A stretch of DNA of 64,000 bases from Vicugna vicugna (GCA_013265495.1 MU058226.1:830741-894740); one strand, 5' to 3'; positions 10,430 through 26,729 are shown, counted from the stretch's first letter. The notes: generated by a model from the sequence alone, not told the origin. Numbers and translations are program-made.

Positions 10430-13400
10430 ATGTTTTTCACCTGTGGTCCAAACGAGGCCATGGTGGTCTCTGGTAAGTATTGTTCTCTTCTCAGCCAGTG
10501 ACCCCCAAGCCCTTGCGAGTGTGGCCTCTGCCCCTTCCCCTTCTCCCTACCAGCTCCCTAGCGCCAAGCCTTCCGCCCACCCCACTCCCCCGTGGCTGCA
10601 AGCCACCCCCTTGTGATTGTTCCCAGCCACCACCCTTCCAAGGCCAAAACTGTCCCCCACCCGCGCCAGCTCCCATATTTCCTCTTGGGGATTGCTGCCC
10701 TTCTCCCTTCCCCAATTCTGTCTTCCACATTTCAGCTCTGCCAGGGCGATCGGCCACCGCAGCTCACTGCCCCCTCATCTTGCAGGTTTCTGCCGGAGCC
10801 CCCCAGTCATGGTGGCTGGAGGACGTGTCTTTGTCCTGCCCTGCATCCAGCAAATCCAGAGGTAGGTAAGAAGAGAACTTGGAAAGGAGAACCCTTGTTT
10901 CCTCTTTCCTCCTTTTCTCACTATCCACCCCTTCTTTTTCTCTTAGGATCTCTCTCAACACACTGACCCTCAATGTCAAGAGTGAAAAGGTTTACACTCG
11001 CCATGGGGTCCCCATCTCAGTCACTGGCATTGCCCAGGTGAGGCTTTCAGAGCCTTTCCCCCAAAGTCCACTCCCCCTTTCACCTTCTCTGTCCCCAGAC
11101 ATTAAGAATTTTCTGACCATGGTCTTCCCATCCTCTGCCTGCAGAGAAATTTCTCTGCTGGTCTCAGCTTCTCCAGGGACTTCCAAGGCACTTGACTTCT
11201 CCCCACTTCTCTCCCTAATTTCTGCCTGGCTTCTTGAGACCTTCACCACACCCTCCGTCGCTCTACAGGTGAAAATCCAGGGCCAGAACAAGGAGATGTT
11301 GGCTGCCGCCTGCCAGATGTTTCTGGGAAAGACAGAGGCTGAGATTGCCCACATTGCACTGGAAACACTGGAGGGCCACCAGAGGGCTATCATGGCCCAT
11401 ATGACTGTGGAGGTGGGCCTGAGAGCAGGGAAAGATCTGGAAGGGATTCCAGAGTGAGGGGGTGGAGGAATACCCAAGGACTGAGCTAGCCTATAGGAGA
11501 CAGCGGCCAGAGGATCTAGAGCTTACATTCCTCTTTCCCTCCATTCCTGTTATCCTAGGAAATCTATAAGGACAGGCAGAAATTTTCAGAACAGGTTTTC
11601 AAAGTGGCCTCCTCAGACTTGGTCAACATGGGCATCAGTGTGGTCAGCTACACCCTAAAGGACATTCACGATGATCAGGTAAACCTAGACCGTTCCTTCT
11701 CCCCACTTCCCTGCTCTCATCTCTTAAACCTTCCCGAAGACTGTGATATCTTTGTCTCTCCCACAGGACTATTTGCACTCCTTGGGGAAGGCTCGAACAG
11801 CTCAAGTCCAAAAAGATGCACGGATTGGGGAAGCAGAGGCTAAGAGAGATGCTGGGATCCGGGTGAGAGAGATGGGGATGACCATGGGCTTATTGGAGTT
11901 GGGATGGATTAGGGGCTGGTGAATTGGGGTTGGCCGAGGACACAGATGAAGCCAGGCCTGGGGTAAAGATGGGGAAGCTTGGCGGAGAGCTGGTTCTCTC
12001 CCTGGGGCCTTCTCCCTTCTCTGACTTCCTGCCTGATCTCTGCATGGACAGGAGGCCAAAGCCAAGCAGGAAAAGGTGTCTGCTCAGTACCTGAGTGAAA
12101 TCGAGATGGCCAAGGCGCAAAGGGACTACGAGCTGAAGAAGGCCGCATATGACATCGAGGTCAACACCCGCCGAGCACAGGCTGATCTGGCCTATCAGCT
12201 ACAGGTCAGAGCCCTCATGCTGGCCCAATGGCCAGGCTCGACTTCACTCCCTACCCGTTCTTCTCAGGCCACCACTCTTTCTCATATTCGAACTCTGATT
12301 CCCTTATTTGGGCCTCCATTTGCAACCCAGCTCCTCTGTATGAGGAAGATGTTAAAGATCTAAACACATAGCTGAAAAGCAAAGGAAAGGTCCAGAAAGG
12401 TATGTTCCATAGGGATGATCGTGGCTTGGGGCAGGTTGTGCCCTGTGCAGGGGCACCTGGATGAGAAGGATGCAGCCCTTGCTTCACTCGCCAAGCTGTG
12501 CATCGGGCCTGGGTCACTAGATCTTCATCCACCCAGAGGAAGGGGCACCTTTTTCTAATTTGCACGGGCTACTTCATGGGCTCACAGCAGCTCTGGTGGT
12601 CGAAGAAGGGTGTGAGGAAGGAAAATGTGGACTTGGGCTTTGAATCCCACAAAGTGAGATGACAGAGCCCAGAGGTACAGCCGATCCTTATCATTTGTGG
12701 ATCCCATATTTGAGAATTTGCCTCATTGCCAGAATTGATTGGTTACCCCAGAATCAGTACTCGGTACTGATGACCATTTGCAAGAGTGGGGAACAATTTC
12801 AGTTGCCTGCTGTGTGCTTCCCAGTTGAGGTTGAACAAGATGTTCTGCCTTCTTGTTTTGACTCTTATACTATAAACGGTGTCATTTTCACAGTATATTC
12901 ACTGCCACATTTTTCACACTTTTGTGCTCTTTGTCGGTGATTTCATAGTTTAAAATGACCCCCAAGCCTCGTGCCGAAGTGCTGTCTAGTGTTCCTAAGT
13001 GCAAGAAGTCTGTGACGTTTGTGCCTGACTGAAAATAAGTGTGTTAGATAAGCTTCCTTCAGGCATGAGTTACAGTGCTGTTGGCTGTGACTTCGTTGTT
13101 AATGAGTTAACAGCATATATTACGTACGGTGTCTTTAAGCAGAAACACACATAAAACAAGGGTATATATTGATCTGTTGATGAAAATGTTGTGACCAGAG
13201 GCTCACAGGAACCTTACCCTGCATCCTAGGAACAAAAGTATTTGTTAATTCAGTGTTGATGGCTACTTCATAAAACGGAATTGCCATGAATAACGAGAAA
13301 CAACTTTGACGTACTTTGAGACGTGTACCAAAGGAGCAATATTATGAGATTCATTTTTGCCAAGAGTTGGTACAGGCTGAAAGCATGAAGTGCAGCACAT

Positions 13401-16400
13401 CTGTAGTTGTGATGTGAAATCCCTGGGTGGCTTGACAGGTACCTGAGTGTGGCACAGTGATTTGCTGCTCAAGGTGTGGTCCACTTACCAGCAGCATCAG
13501 CATCCCTGGAGAACTTGGTAGAAATACAAAATCTCAGGCTCCAGCTCAACCTACCCAGTCAGAATCTGCATTTTAGCATAATCCCTAAGTGATTTGTGTA
13601 CACATTGGCATTTCAGAAGCATTAACAGAGTGGAAACCACTAGCCTGGGTGGGACTTAACCCACTCAAGGATAAGATCCTTAACCTTCTAAACATGGCTT
13701 CCATCGTTGGCAAATCAGGGTTGCAGGGTTGGGCTGGTTTGGGTTCTGTTCAGCTTTTATTAGTTCCTCATTCTGTGCCGGGCTTTATGCTGGGTGCCGG
13801 GGAAATCAGGATTTATTCAATGGATATCTATTAAGTGCTTACTGTGTGCCAGACATTGTTTTGGAGGTGAGTATATAAGTATGAAAAAGACACAATAAGA
13901 TTCCTGCCCACATGGAGCTTAACATTACAATGCAGGAAACAACTAATAATCAAATAACTTTCACAGGCTCTAAGTATGTTGTTTAAGTGCTATGAAAGAA
14001 ATAAACGGATGATGTGAAATATAGTAGGGGAGTTACTCTGTTAGGTCAAGGTGGTCAGAGAAAGCTTCAGTGAGGAAGTGATATATGGGATAAACCCTGA
14101 AGATGAGAAAGAGGCAGCAATGTAAAGAGTTGTGGGCTGAGAACATTCTAGGCCAGTGCTGTTCAAATAGAACTTTCTGTGATAATGGAAATGCTCTATA
14201 TCTGTGCTGTGATGTCAAGCACTTGTAATGTGGCTCCTGTGACTGGGGAGCTGAATTTTAAATTTATTTAATTTTAAGTAATTTAAATTTAAATAGCTAT
14301 ATGGGGCATGTGGCTAGCCAGGGGATCAGCATGTGCTAAGACCCTGAGGTAGGAAAGAGCTGGGTATGTCCCAGGAACAGAAAGGAGGGTTCTGATCTGG
14401 CATGGCTGCTGTGCTGTGAGTGAGGGGAGGCAGGCGGGGCCAGGTCACATAGGATTCAGGTGGCCATGACAGAGACTTAGAAGAATATTCAAAGCACAAT
14501 GGAAAGCTACTGGAGGACTTTAAGCAGGGAGGCACTCTGGTCTAATTTATGTTTTTACAAGGATCAGTCCAACAGCCATGTGGAGAATTGATTGTTAGAA
14601 GAGAGGAAGCAGGGAGATGAGTTAGAAGGTTTTTTCAAAGATGATGGATTGAATAAATGCAGCTAATTGCACTCCCTCTTAAAACTTCATTAAACCACAC
14701 AGAGTGATTTAAAAAGAAAAAGGTGGAGAAAATAGGAACAGAAGGAACAGAAACCACAGCATCATTTTGGAAGCTGGAAAGCCATGGTAATTGACTAAGC
14801 AGGTCTGAGAGAGCTGACCCAAAGCTGCAGGGGAGAAAACAGTGAAATGATCAGAGGCTCAGGACCTGGCAGCACGAGGGGCCTCTGGAGCTGTCATGAA
14901 GATGGTTGAAATAAGGAAAAACACATGAAAAGTGACTTCTTAGGTAGAGCCCCTGTCTGGCTCCCTCACTGCTCCAGTAAACTTCCGGTGGTTTATTATC
15001 TAACGAGTAAACCAGAGGATGTGACCCAGGGCCAGCTGGGCACAGGTGAGGGCCTGGATGCTGTACCAGTAACAGGCATGAAGTGACTGCCTATTGAACG
15101 CTGGCCACTTCCCCTTACCCCTCACCCCATCCGTCTCCCAGAACCTCCATCTTCCAAAGAAGAGATCAGAAAACTGCTGTGGGAAACATAAGCAATCCAA
15201 AAGAAAAGATTGGAAGATCCTGAGTCAGAGGTTCCTCAGCAGATGATCTGCCCAGGTCACCCTTGAGTGAGGCTGAAAGCCAGTGAGCCTCACCCACATA
15301 CCTACAGCTTCTTTCCGGTGTTTCAGACCTTCCTCTCTGAGCAGAGAAGCAAGGACTACCTGACATATGAGGGAATCCTGCGACATGGAAGACTAGACCA
15401 AAACCACAAGCAGCAAAGCAGTTTGAAGGATACATACTGTGCAGGGAGAAGAAAGCTTAGAAAAATTAATATCCTCTAGCGGGGAGGATATAACTCAAGT
15501 GGTAGAGTGCATGCTTAGCATACATAAGGTCCTAGGTTCAATCCCCAGCACCTCTTCTAAAATAAAACAAGTAAACCTAATTACCCCCCCAAATTAATAT
15601 CCTCAGTGAGATAAGAGAAGAATTCACATCCAGGATATCAGGATTATAGAACAGAAAACAAACCAAAAACAAGAGCTTTTAGAAATTAAAAAAAATTTTT
15701 TAAGTCACCATACAAGAGAGATTCTAATAAATTTCCCAGAAAATAGAACAAAACAAATGGAAACATTCGGAAAGAATACTAGAGACTAGTCCAGGTGAGC
15801 CAATAGAACAAAGCAAGCGGAAGGAAATCAACAGTGGAAAAAATTCAAACATGTTTATCTGACTTTTTAGATTGAGATGGTCCACCAAGAGCCCAACACA
15901 GTGAATAAAAAAAAATCTACCTTAAGACTCATCATTGTGAAATTTCAGAATGCTGAGAATAAAGGAAAAATCTGAAGGTTCCAGAGAGAAAGACTAGATC
16001 TCAAGCAAAGGGTTGGGCATCAGAATGACTTGTGATTTCTCAAGAATCAAGAAGACCATGGAGCAATGCCTTCAAAATTCTGGTGGAAAATGATTAACAA
16101 CGTAGTCACCAGTACTCAACCTATAGTCATTCAGACAGAAAAGTGGAATGAAAATCTTAGAGAAACAAGATCTCAAAAAATGTATTGCCCACCTAGTCTT
16201 TCTGAGGGAGCTGTTGGAGGCTGAGTTTCTCCAAACAGTGGGCCAAAGGAGAGAGAGGCTGAGGTGAGTGCTCCAACACAGGACCATTGTGATCCTGCAC
16301 ACTGGGGTCAAGAGCAAATAGTCCAGTTTGGAACAAGTTTGAAATTTTAGGGTCAAAGACAGTACATGGTGTCATCTCTAGAAGCACCCATCCTCTGGAG

Positions 16401-19327
16401 TGAACAGATGGGCCCAGTAGAGGCAGGAGCACTATCTCTTGTGTTGATGGGCCCCACAGGGAGGTGCATGGCTGTGTCCGAGCAGTGAGATGAGAAGTGC
16501 CCAAACCTCTACTCACTCACATCTTGTCAAGAGCCTTCTGATCCCTCTAGTCTCCAAGAGATAAGAAAATGCAATCTGCCTAAGTGAGAGGAAGCCTTTG
16601 TATACATGTTGTAGTTGCTGGAAGGATACGCAAGAAGCTGGTCACGATAGTTGTTTCTGGGGAAGGGAGCCAACCAGGTGGCTTGAGAAGTAGGTGGAAC
16701 CTTGCTTATCACTGTTTACTTTTTTGTTAGAATTTGGATCATATACAAAAGATAAAAATGAAAAAGACACACACAGCACCTCAAAAAGAAAGTCAGTGGG
16801 AGGCTGTTCAGGAGTCAATTGACAGTGGCTTGCACTAGGGTACCCGCAGCACAGATGGGCGGGAAGCAGATGGATCTGAGAGAGACTGGAGGTGGAGGAC
16901 GGCCACCAATGCCCTCCAGATGCTCATACTCTAGAGGGAGATGCGGTGGAGAAATAGAGGAAGATGGGAGCTCAGGGAGGGATGCTTCACCTGGCCTGAG
17001 GGAGAACAGGGGCTGGATCCCAGCCCTTTGCGGCCCTGAAGCTGAGACCACCTGGGGAACAGCCCTAACTATTGATACTGGAGGGAGGATCAGGTCACCC
17101 ACCCCCGAACCGTGCCTTAGATCAGTACCAGAATGGACTCCACTGGGCAGGCTGAGCCCACTGGGGACCGACTTCACGTACCTGCTGCTCTATTTTTATA
17201 TCCCGCCCTGGAGCACTGGCTTCCTGGGCGGTTGCTCTTCAGCTCTGACTCTGAGCCTCCCTCCTACCCAGGTGGCCAAGACGAAGCAGCAGATCGAGGA
17301 GCAGCGGGTACAAGTGCAGGTGGTGGAGCGGGCCCAGCAGGTGGCAGTGCAGGAGCAGGAGATCGCCCGCCGGGAGAAGGAGCTGGAGGCCCGGGTGCGG
17401 AAGCCAGCGGAAGCTGAACGCTACAGGCTGGAGCGCCTGGCAGAGGCAGAGAAGTAAACACCCCTCCTAGCCCCTCTGGGCTCCTTCACACCTGGGCGCC
17501 CCCAGAGGAGAAGCTGAGGCCTCCTCTACCTGTACCCCTTCTGTGGAGTCTGTCCCAGAGCAAGGGCTCCTCCTCAGCTACGCCTTCCACTTCCTTCTCT
17601 GCCCAGGTCCCAGCTGATCATGCAGGCAGAGGCAGAAGCCGAGTCTGTGCGGGTGAGTTAGCCACTGGCTCTTGCCGGTTGGTGGAGGGAGTAGGAGTTG
17701 TTGCTCACCCTGGGATTTCTTGTCCTTAACTCCCACCATCAGTAGCACAAGTATCCTGTGCCCTCCTCAGATGCGGGGGGAGGCCGAGGCCTTTGCCATA
17801 GGGGCCCGAGCCCGGGCGGAAGCCGAGCAGATGGCCAAGAAGGCAGAGGCGTTCCAGCTGTACCAGGAGGCTGCTCAACTGGACATGCTGCTGGAGAAGC
17901 TGCCCCAGGTCTGGGGGTCATGTGGGCACCAGCAGAGGAGGGACAGGACCAGGGAATCAGGGGTGGGGGAAATGAGGGACTTGGGGAGAACCAGCCTAGG
18001 GGGCCATAAATCAGGGCTGGGGATTACAAACCAGTGATCAGAGTGAGGCAGGGTGATCCTTGCTGTAGTGAAGAACAGGGATCTTAAAACCCAGGGTAAG
18101 GAGTCTTAGGAATGGCAGGGTCAGACTGCAGGCACTGAGTGTGCGTCTCACCTACCAGGTGGCAGAGGAGATCAGCGGTCCCTTGACCTCGGCCAATAAG
18201 ATCACACTGGTGTCCAGTGGAAGTGGGGCCATGGGGGCTGCCAAAGTGACTGGGGAAGTGCTGGACATCCTGAGCCGCCTGCCAGAGAGCGTGGAGAGAC
18301 TCACAGGCGTCAGCATCTCCCAGGTGAGGGCCTCTAGGGTGGGGGCCATGGAGCCAAATTGCCAGGTTCCTGTGGCACATGACGCAGCGGGCCCAGCACC
18401 CAGGAGGTCTGGGGGCCACTGACATTTATTAATTGCTTTCCGTGTGCCAGACACAGTGCTAAGGTTCTACACAAAATGGTTTAAAAAATTTTTTTTAAAT
18501 CAGACTACCTTTGGGGTGTGTAGGGCTTTACAAAGTAAAAAAACTGAACTTGCAACATGTTAGGTAGCTTAGCCCATGGCATACAGCTGGTGAAGCTGGG
18601 CTTCAGACCCGGGCCCGCTGTCTCTGGGGCCTGTGCTTGTGGTCACCCCACTAACAGAAGGAGCTAGTTGTAGCCTGTTGACAATTAATTCCAAGGCCCA
18701 TCACTGCTTTCCTTGGTGCCTGTTTATTCACCTGTAGATTATGGTAGAGATCAGAGGGCAGGATCTAGAACCAGACTGTTTTGTTGGAATCCTGGCTCCA
18801 GTGCCTGCTAACTGACCTTGGACAAGTTAATCTTCTCTGCACCTGTTTCTTCACCTTAAAACCGGGTTAATTAAAGTAACTATCCTGTTGAATTGCTAAG
18901 GGGATTAAATGAATAAATATTTGCATGTTGTTTAGAACAGTGTTTAGCACGTGGTAAGTACCATATAAGAGAGTTAAATAAAAAATGCATACATAAATAA
19001 AAGCATTGGACCATAGCAGTGACCTTCAAGCTGGATTCCTTGAAGTCTCCCTGAGGCCTGCAGTGGAAAATTGGGAGCTAAGGAGGGTTGTGCAAGCAGG
19101 GCTCTGGCCCCTTCACCGGCTTGCAGTAAATCAGTCATTGTTATACGATGACTGCTTGGCAAAGGGGTGAGGTAGGGTGCCAGAAAAAAACTACAGTACT
19201 CTTGGAAATTTGTCTACCCTGTTGCCCATTCATCCAGATGAGGTCCTGGGAGATTAGGGTACCTGGTCCCTAAGTCATCACTGTCGTCTTTTGCCAGGTG
19301 AACCACAAGCCTTTGCGAACAGCCTGA
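10430..19327 (+). CDS. FLOT1: Flotillin-1, 12 coding exons, 427 aa: join(10430..10472,10786..10861,10947..11037,11269..11412,11559..11678,11767..11862,12052..12204,17272..17453,17607..17652,17771..17908,18159..18323,19298..19327)
   Basis: [15 protein letters not shown]...[63 protein letters not shown] (SPFH domain), AEA-rich coiled coil, C-terminus VNHKPLRTA*. All junctions are GT-AG and exons sum to 1284 nt. Confidence 0.97.
12679..13306. mobile_element. TcMar-Tigger non-autonomous DNA transposon (MER82-like)
   Basis: TA|CAGCCGATCCTTATCATTTGTGGATCCCATATTTGAGAATTTGCC start and imperfect inverted end GAATAACGAGAAACAACT; about 630 bp. Confidence 0.7.
13462..13624. mobile_element. MER5A-like hAT-Charlie element
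   Basis: CTCAAGGTGTGGTCC...CCAGCAGCATCAGCATC...TAGAAATACAAAATCTCAGGC...CAGAATCTGCATTTTA. Confidence 0.75.
13810..14630 (-). mobile_element. L2 fragment interrupted by a MER3-like DNA element (about 14150-14320)
   Basis: L2 tail in reverse orientation (TATTAAGTGCTTACTGTGTGCCAGACATTG) and L2 body (GGTGGTCAGAGAAAGCTTC, GGAGGACTTTAAGCAGGG). MER3 signature AATAGAACTTTCTGTGATAATGGAAATG...ATTTAAATTTAAATAGC. Confidence 0.65.
15477..15590 (+). mobile_element. tRNA-Ala-derived SINE (Vic-1-like) with a perfect 14-bp TSD
   Basis: GGGGAGGATATAACTCAAGTGGTAGAG...GGTTCAATCCCCAGCACCTC; TSD AAATTAATATCCTC at 15463-15476 and 15591-15604. Confidence 0.9.
15605..16240 (+). mobile_element. Old L1/HAL1 ORF1-derived fragment
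   Basis: A-rich, with ATCATTGTGAAATTTCAGAA...GGTTCCAGAGAGAAA...ATGGAGCAATGCCTTCAAAATTCTG typical of decayed L1 ORF1. It extends upstream of the SINE that interrupts it. Confidence 0.6.
18420..18975. mobile_element. Two MIR fragments in the last FLOT1 intron
   Basis: MIR core motifs (AATCCTGGCTCCA...TGACCTTGGACAAGTTA...CTGTTTCTTCACCT...GGATTAAATGA) and an opposite-orientation copy at about 18420-18640. Confidence 0.6.
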
Positions 19328-19676
19328 GCCCTCGACCTTCGTGATGCCCAGCCTCGTAGCTCAAGCCTCATTGCCTGAATGGTCCCCACATTGCATGCAC
19401 TTAAGCTGGCTACCTGAGCTGTCCTTTGACAGCAGGGTTCCAACCCTCATCTCTCCTTGCCAAACAGCCTGTGCCTTGCCTTGGAGGGGAAAGGTTGCTC
19501 CCTTTCCCAACCCCACACTGCCAAGACTGCCAGTGCCCCAGGGGTCCCATGCCAGCCTTCTGATGATCCCACCCCTCAATGTATTTAACTTAATTACTGT
19601 CTGAGCCTGTTGTCCAGAATTCTTTCCTGACTGAGACTTGAGGGGATGGTCTACAGGTTTTCAGTTTTACTTGTCA

Positions 19677-19729
19677 AATAAATGCTGTTAATAAGTACTG
19701 ATAGTTAATAAAACAGAATTCAGAATAAA
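19677..19729 (+). terminator. FLOT1 poly(A) signal cluster
   Basis: AATAAA at 19677, 19707 and 19724, about 350-400 nt after the stop codon. Confidence 0.65.
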
Positions 19730-20545
19730 TGCTAGAATGCAGCTTTCCCCCTTGCATTCAATAGGCTTTTTAAACTGGGAGAAAGGCAGTAGTTAACTTG
19801 TGTCCTGTTGAGTTGCAGGATTAATTTTTCCCCCAAAGTTGCTTATAGTCAGAAAAGCATGCTTAAGTGGAAGCTGTTTGAGAATTACATTGGACCCTAG
19901 AATTACTGAAAATATGGCCAAGGTAAATTATTTTTCAATTTCCAATTGTTATATTTGAGGATATCTTTGAGGCTGTTATGCTGTGCTCTTTAAAGCATGA
20001 GGTATTAGGTGGAACATAACCTTAATTTAGAATGGGACCATCATATGACATCCCTGCTAGTGATTGCCTTAGGTTAACTGAGAAAACCCACAGCATTACA
20101 AAAAACAGCGACATCCACCACCCAAAGGAACCCTCGATGTGCTGTGCATTGGAAGTGGCACAACAGTGGCTTTCAGCTCCATGCTTTCATGATATTCTTC
20201 TGGAATACCATTAAAAGACTGCTGGGGTCCAACCCATTTCTGGTTCAGTATACATTGGCAGGCCTGAGAATATCCGTTTCAAGGGGACACTGATGATGCT
20301 AGTCTGGCAACCACTTAACATCATGTCATTTCCCCTTTTCTATCCCTAGATCCTACATCTGAGCCTATGCCTATCCTAGCTATTAAGCCTGGTACTGGTG
20401 GTGGGTACCAGCAATTAAGGTATAAAGGTATTTTCATCACTATGGGAAGCACAGTATATAGCATTAACAATTTGAGCCCCATGCCTCCACCAGCAATCCT
20501 TCCCTGAATGAGTACACGTCTTGCAACTTTTTTTTTCAATTCCCA

Positions 20546-20551
20546 TTTATT
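20546..20551 (-). terminator. Distal TUBB poly(A) signal
   Basis: TTTATT on the + strand, about 1 kb downstream of the TUBB stop codon. Confidence 0.6.
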
Positions 20552-21373
20552 TTTGGCTCTTGGGGCAGTCATCTTTTCAATATGAAAAAAAGCAGCAAGT
20601 TCAACACAAAATAGAAATCTGAAGTGTAGAATAGGACAAAACCAAGGTTGAAGGGGAAAAGGCAATAGCAAAAGAGATGAGATGTTGCCAAGACAGGGTA
20701 TCCTGTCCCCTCTCCGGGGAATGACAAACATTTAGGCGGCAGCACACACCTTTCCAGAAACACACAAAAGGGCTGGTATTCATTTTTTATGTAGGAAGAT
20801 GGAATGGGGAGGGCCTTTCTGGAAGTTGACAGATTAAGGCTAGTCTCTCCTTGACCCCCTTTCTGAGCAGGAATAAAGGAAGGGATCCCAGCACTTAAAG
20901 GAAACGAAGTGGTAGAGAACGAAGGATCCCCCTTGACAGGGTGGGGCCAGACCCCTGCAAAAGAAACAGCTCAGGGACAGAGCTTGAAGGGAGACTGAAA
21001 ATGGAGATAATACTGTTAACACCTCCCTGGAAACTGAGAGCAGGGAGATACCTGAAAATTAGGACTTCCACAGCTTGGACGGCCCTCTCCAAACCCCCAC
21101 CCTTTCCTTGTAGGGACTTCTCCCTGCTGTGAGGTTGCTTGGTTTCCTTTCCCCTGGGCTACCACATGGGCCTAGGATGGTAGTCACCCATCTGGGTTTT
21201 CAGCACACAGTTCTAAATGGGATCTGCTGAGATCCAGCTTCTTGGAGAGTTATCTTGAAAACAGAGAGCGGAATGTTAACTGGACAGATGGGAGGAGTGG
21301 GCACCAGAAGGAAAAACAGGGTTACCCAGAATGGCAGAAATCTAGGTTTCCCAGAGTGGAAAGAGAGAGGAGA

Positions 21374-21431
21374 CATTCAACAAACAACAAATATTTATTG
21401 AGCGCCTATTATGTGCCAGGCACTGTTCTAG
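21374..21431 (-). mobile_element. L2 3'-end fragment supplying the proximal TUBB poly(A) signal
   Basis: Minus strand reads CTAGAACAGTGCCTGGCACATAATAGGCGCTCAATAAATATTTGTTG..., a typical L2 tail. AATAAA at 21399-21394. Confidence 0.75.
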
Positions 21432-21547
21432 AACCCACCCCCCCAAAAGAAACAAGATAGAGGCAGAAAACGCGAATTCTGAGGGAAAGGGGCGGTTGAG
21501 GAAGAAGGCTGAGGGGACTGAGAAGGCTGAGGTGACGGGGCTCGGCC

Positions 21548-24794
<3,247 letters not shown>

Positions 24795-24879
24795 GGTTAA
24801 AATTTATTCTAATCTTTTTGCTCGCCTCAAGGTGTGTACGGGGCAAGAAAATGATATGTAATTTGTTTTTCTCTGCTGC

Positions 24880-25175
24880 TGGTCGCAGGCTGGAAGGATG
24901 GGACGGCCCCGGAGGCTGCAGCAGCGAGGTCCGAACACGGCGGCAGGAAGGTTCTGAGAGGGAGAAAGGAGAGGGGAGGGCGCGGAGGAAAGGCGGGCAG
25001 GGCGGGGCGCGCGTGCGCCGGGGCCAGGAGGCGGGAGAACGCGCCCCGCGCCGCTGTGGGGAGACAAAGCCTCACCGAGGCTGGTCCTGATTAGTCCTTG
25101 CCGGTCATGTATCAGACGTCCATTGGTCCCTGCTCGGGGTGGACGAGCGCAGTCTTCCCTGGGAGTTGTAGTCCT
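24880..25175 (-). promoter_or_regulatory. TUBB promoter / 5' UTR (GC boxes, CCAAT, ZNF143-type ACTACA motif)
   Basis: CpG-rich; pyrimidine tract near 24960 on the minus strand; ATTGG at 25122; GGACTACAACTCCCAG on the minus strand at 25174-25159. Confidence 0.65.
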
Positions 25176-26729
25176 CTATTGTTGTCCACGCTGGAAAATG
25201 AAAGGACGAATGGGTGGGTACTGGGTTTGGGGTTTTAGGTATTTGGGTCTTTTCAAGAAAAATGACATTGCGCAAGAGTTTTTTCCTCTATGCTTGAGTG
25301 TTTTGGTGTAAAAAGAATAGTTTTCGGGATGCAGGAATTGGGAACCCTGGGGTGCCAGGCTTTGGAAGGTGGAATGGGGCACGCCCTGAAAGCTCCCCGC
25401 TGCGGTAGCTCTGGGGAAAGACAGAATTGCTTAGCTCAGCGAAAACTGGGGAGAAATGCGGCACCCTGTTCTGCTAACAGCTGGTCCTTTGGTGACCCAA
25501 GACATGAACTTCAGTAAGCCGCTGCTCCCCCAGATATCTCAGCAGGAAGGAGGGGACTGCCCTCCTGCCATTTCCTTGGGAGTTTCCTAATGATAATGTT
25601 TAGAAAGAAACAAAATTGCAGCCAAGGGCTTTTCAGGACAGAGATGTAATTGTGCGGAGGATCTGTTCAAAGAATAAATTGAATGGTTTAGAGAAACTGA
25701 TATACCCGAAGTTTCGGTCCATGTAGGGGATCTGGGCCTTAGAGCAGCGTTTAACACGTTGTCTCTTGTCAAGCAGAGAAGTATAGGGTGAGATGCCTGA
25801 TAGAATTTCAGTGTCTTCCAGCCTGCGTCTCTAGGCACTTTGATGGAATCACTGAATTCATTGACTAGGTGGCTGACCATTGCAACCGTCCAAGATCCTC
25901 AGGATTGAAATAAAAGGGATGGGGGCATGAGGGGAGAAACTTGGATGAGCTCAAATCTTAGCATCATGCTTCTTCTTGAGGATTAATTCACTTGAGATAC
26001 TAAGTGTCCACCAAACCAGGAGCAAGGGATACAAAAATGATTAAGAATTAGCTTCCTGTCCTCCAGGATCTTGCAATTTTGTGTCAAGTGTATAAACAAT
26101 AGAGTGTGGTAAGCATTATGATAAAGGACATGTGGTATCAAGGTCATCATTGTTAATTCACAGTGAATTCAACATACGTTTCTCAGTCATCTTCTAAATA
26201 AAAGAACATCAAGTTGTGTAAGACCCCTCTACTCACTTGAAATAGAATCTTTATGTTTTAGTGCATGATCACAATGAAAGTTACATATTTTGTGGTAGTG
26301 GAGAGAGTTCAGAATTTATAGAGAACTTGTTTCAATTTGTCTCTACCTTAGCTCTAGGTACCTAGGCAAGTCATTTAACTTCGCAGAGCTCCAGTTCTTT
26401 CTGTAAAACCTATTCCTATTTGCTTGTTCTAGTCAGAATGAAGTGAGATAATAAAAGCAAAAAGTCTTCCTAAATTTTGTCAAATTGTTACTATTCTCTT
26501 CTTGTCTTAGTATGAAGTTTAATGAAATAAATGGTTTTATCATCCTTCAACCTTTCAAAGATCTCGGTCATTTAGGATGGGTTAGCAAAATAGTTCTATC
26601 GGTTCGCCTAGAGATCTTAAAGAAAATGACCTCAAGATGTCCATCAGGGCTGTAGTCTCAGGGAGAATATGACATGACTTCTAAACGAGCCAAATCAAAA
26701 GGAAATGAACTTCTATTGCAATGAATACT

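Noticed and set aside
9252..10461. Long overlapping ORFs (301, 243 and 236 aa) on both strands
   Set aside because: They lie in a CpG island where stops are scarce, are low-complexity P/A/G/R sequence and resemble no protein I recognise.
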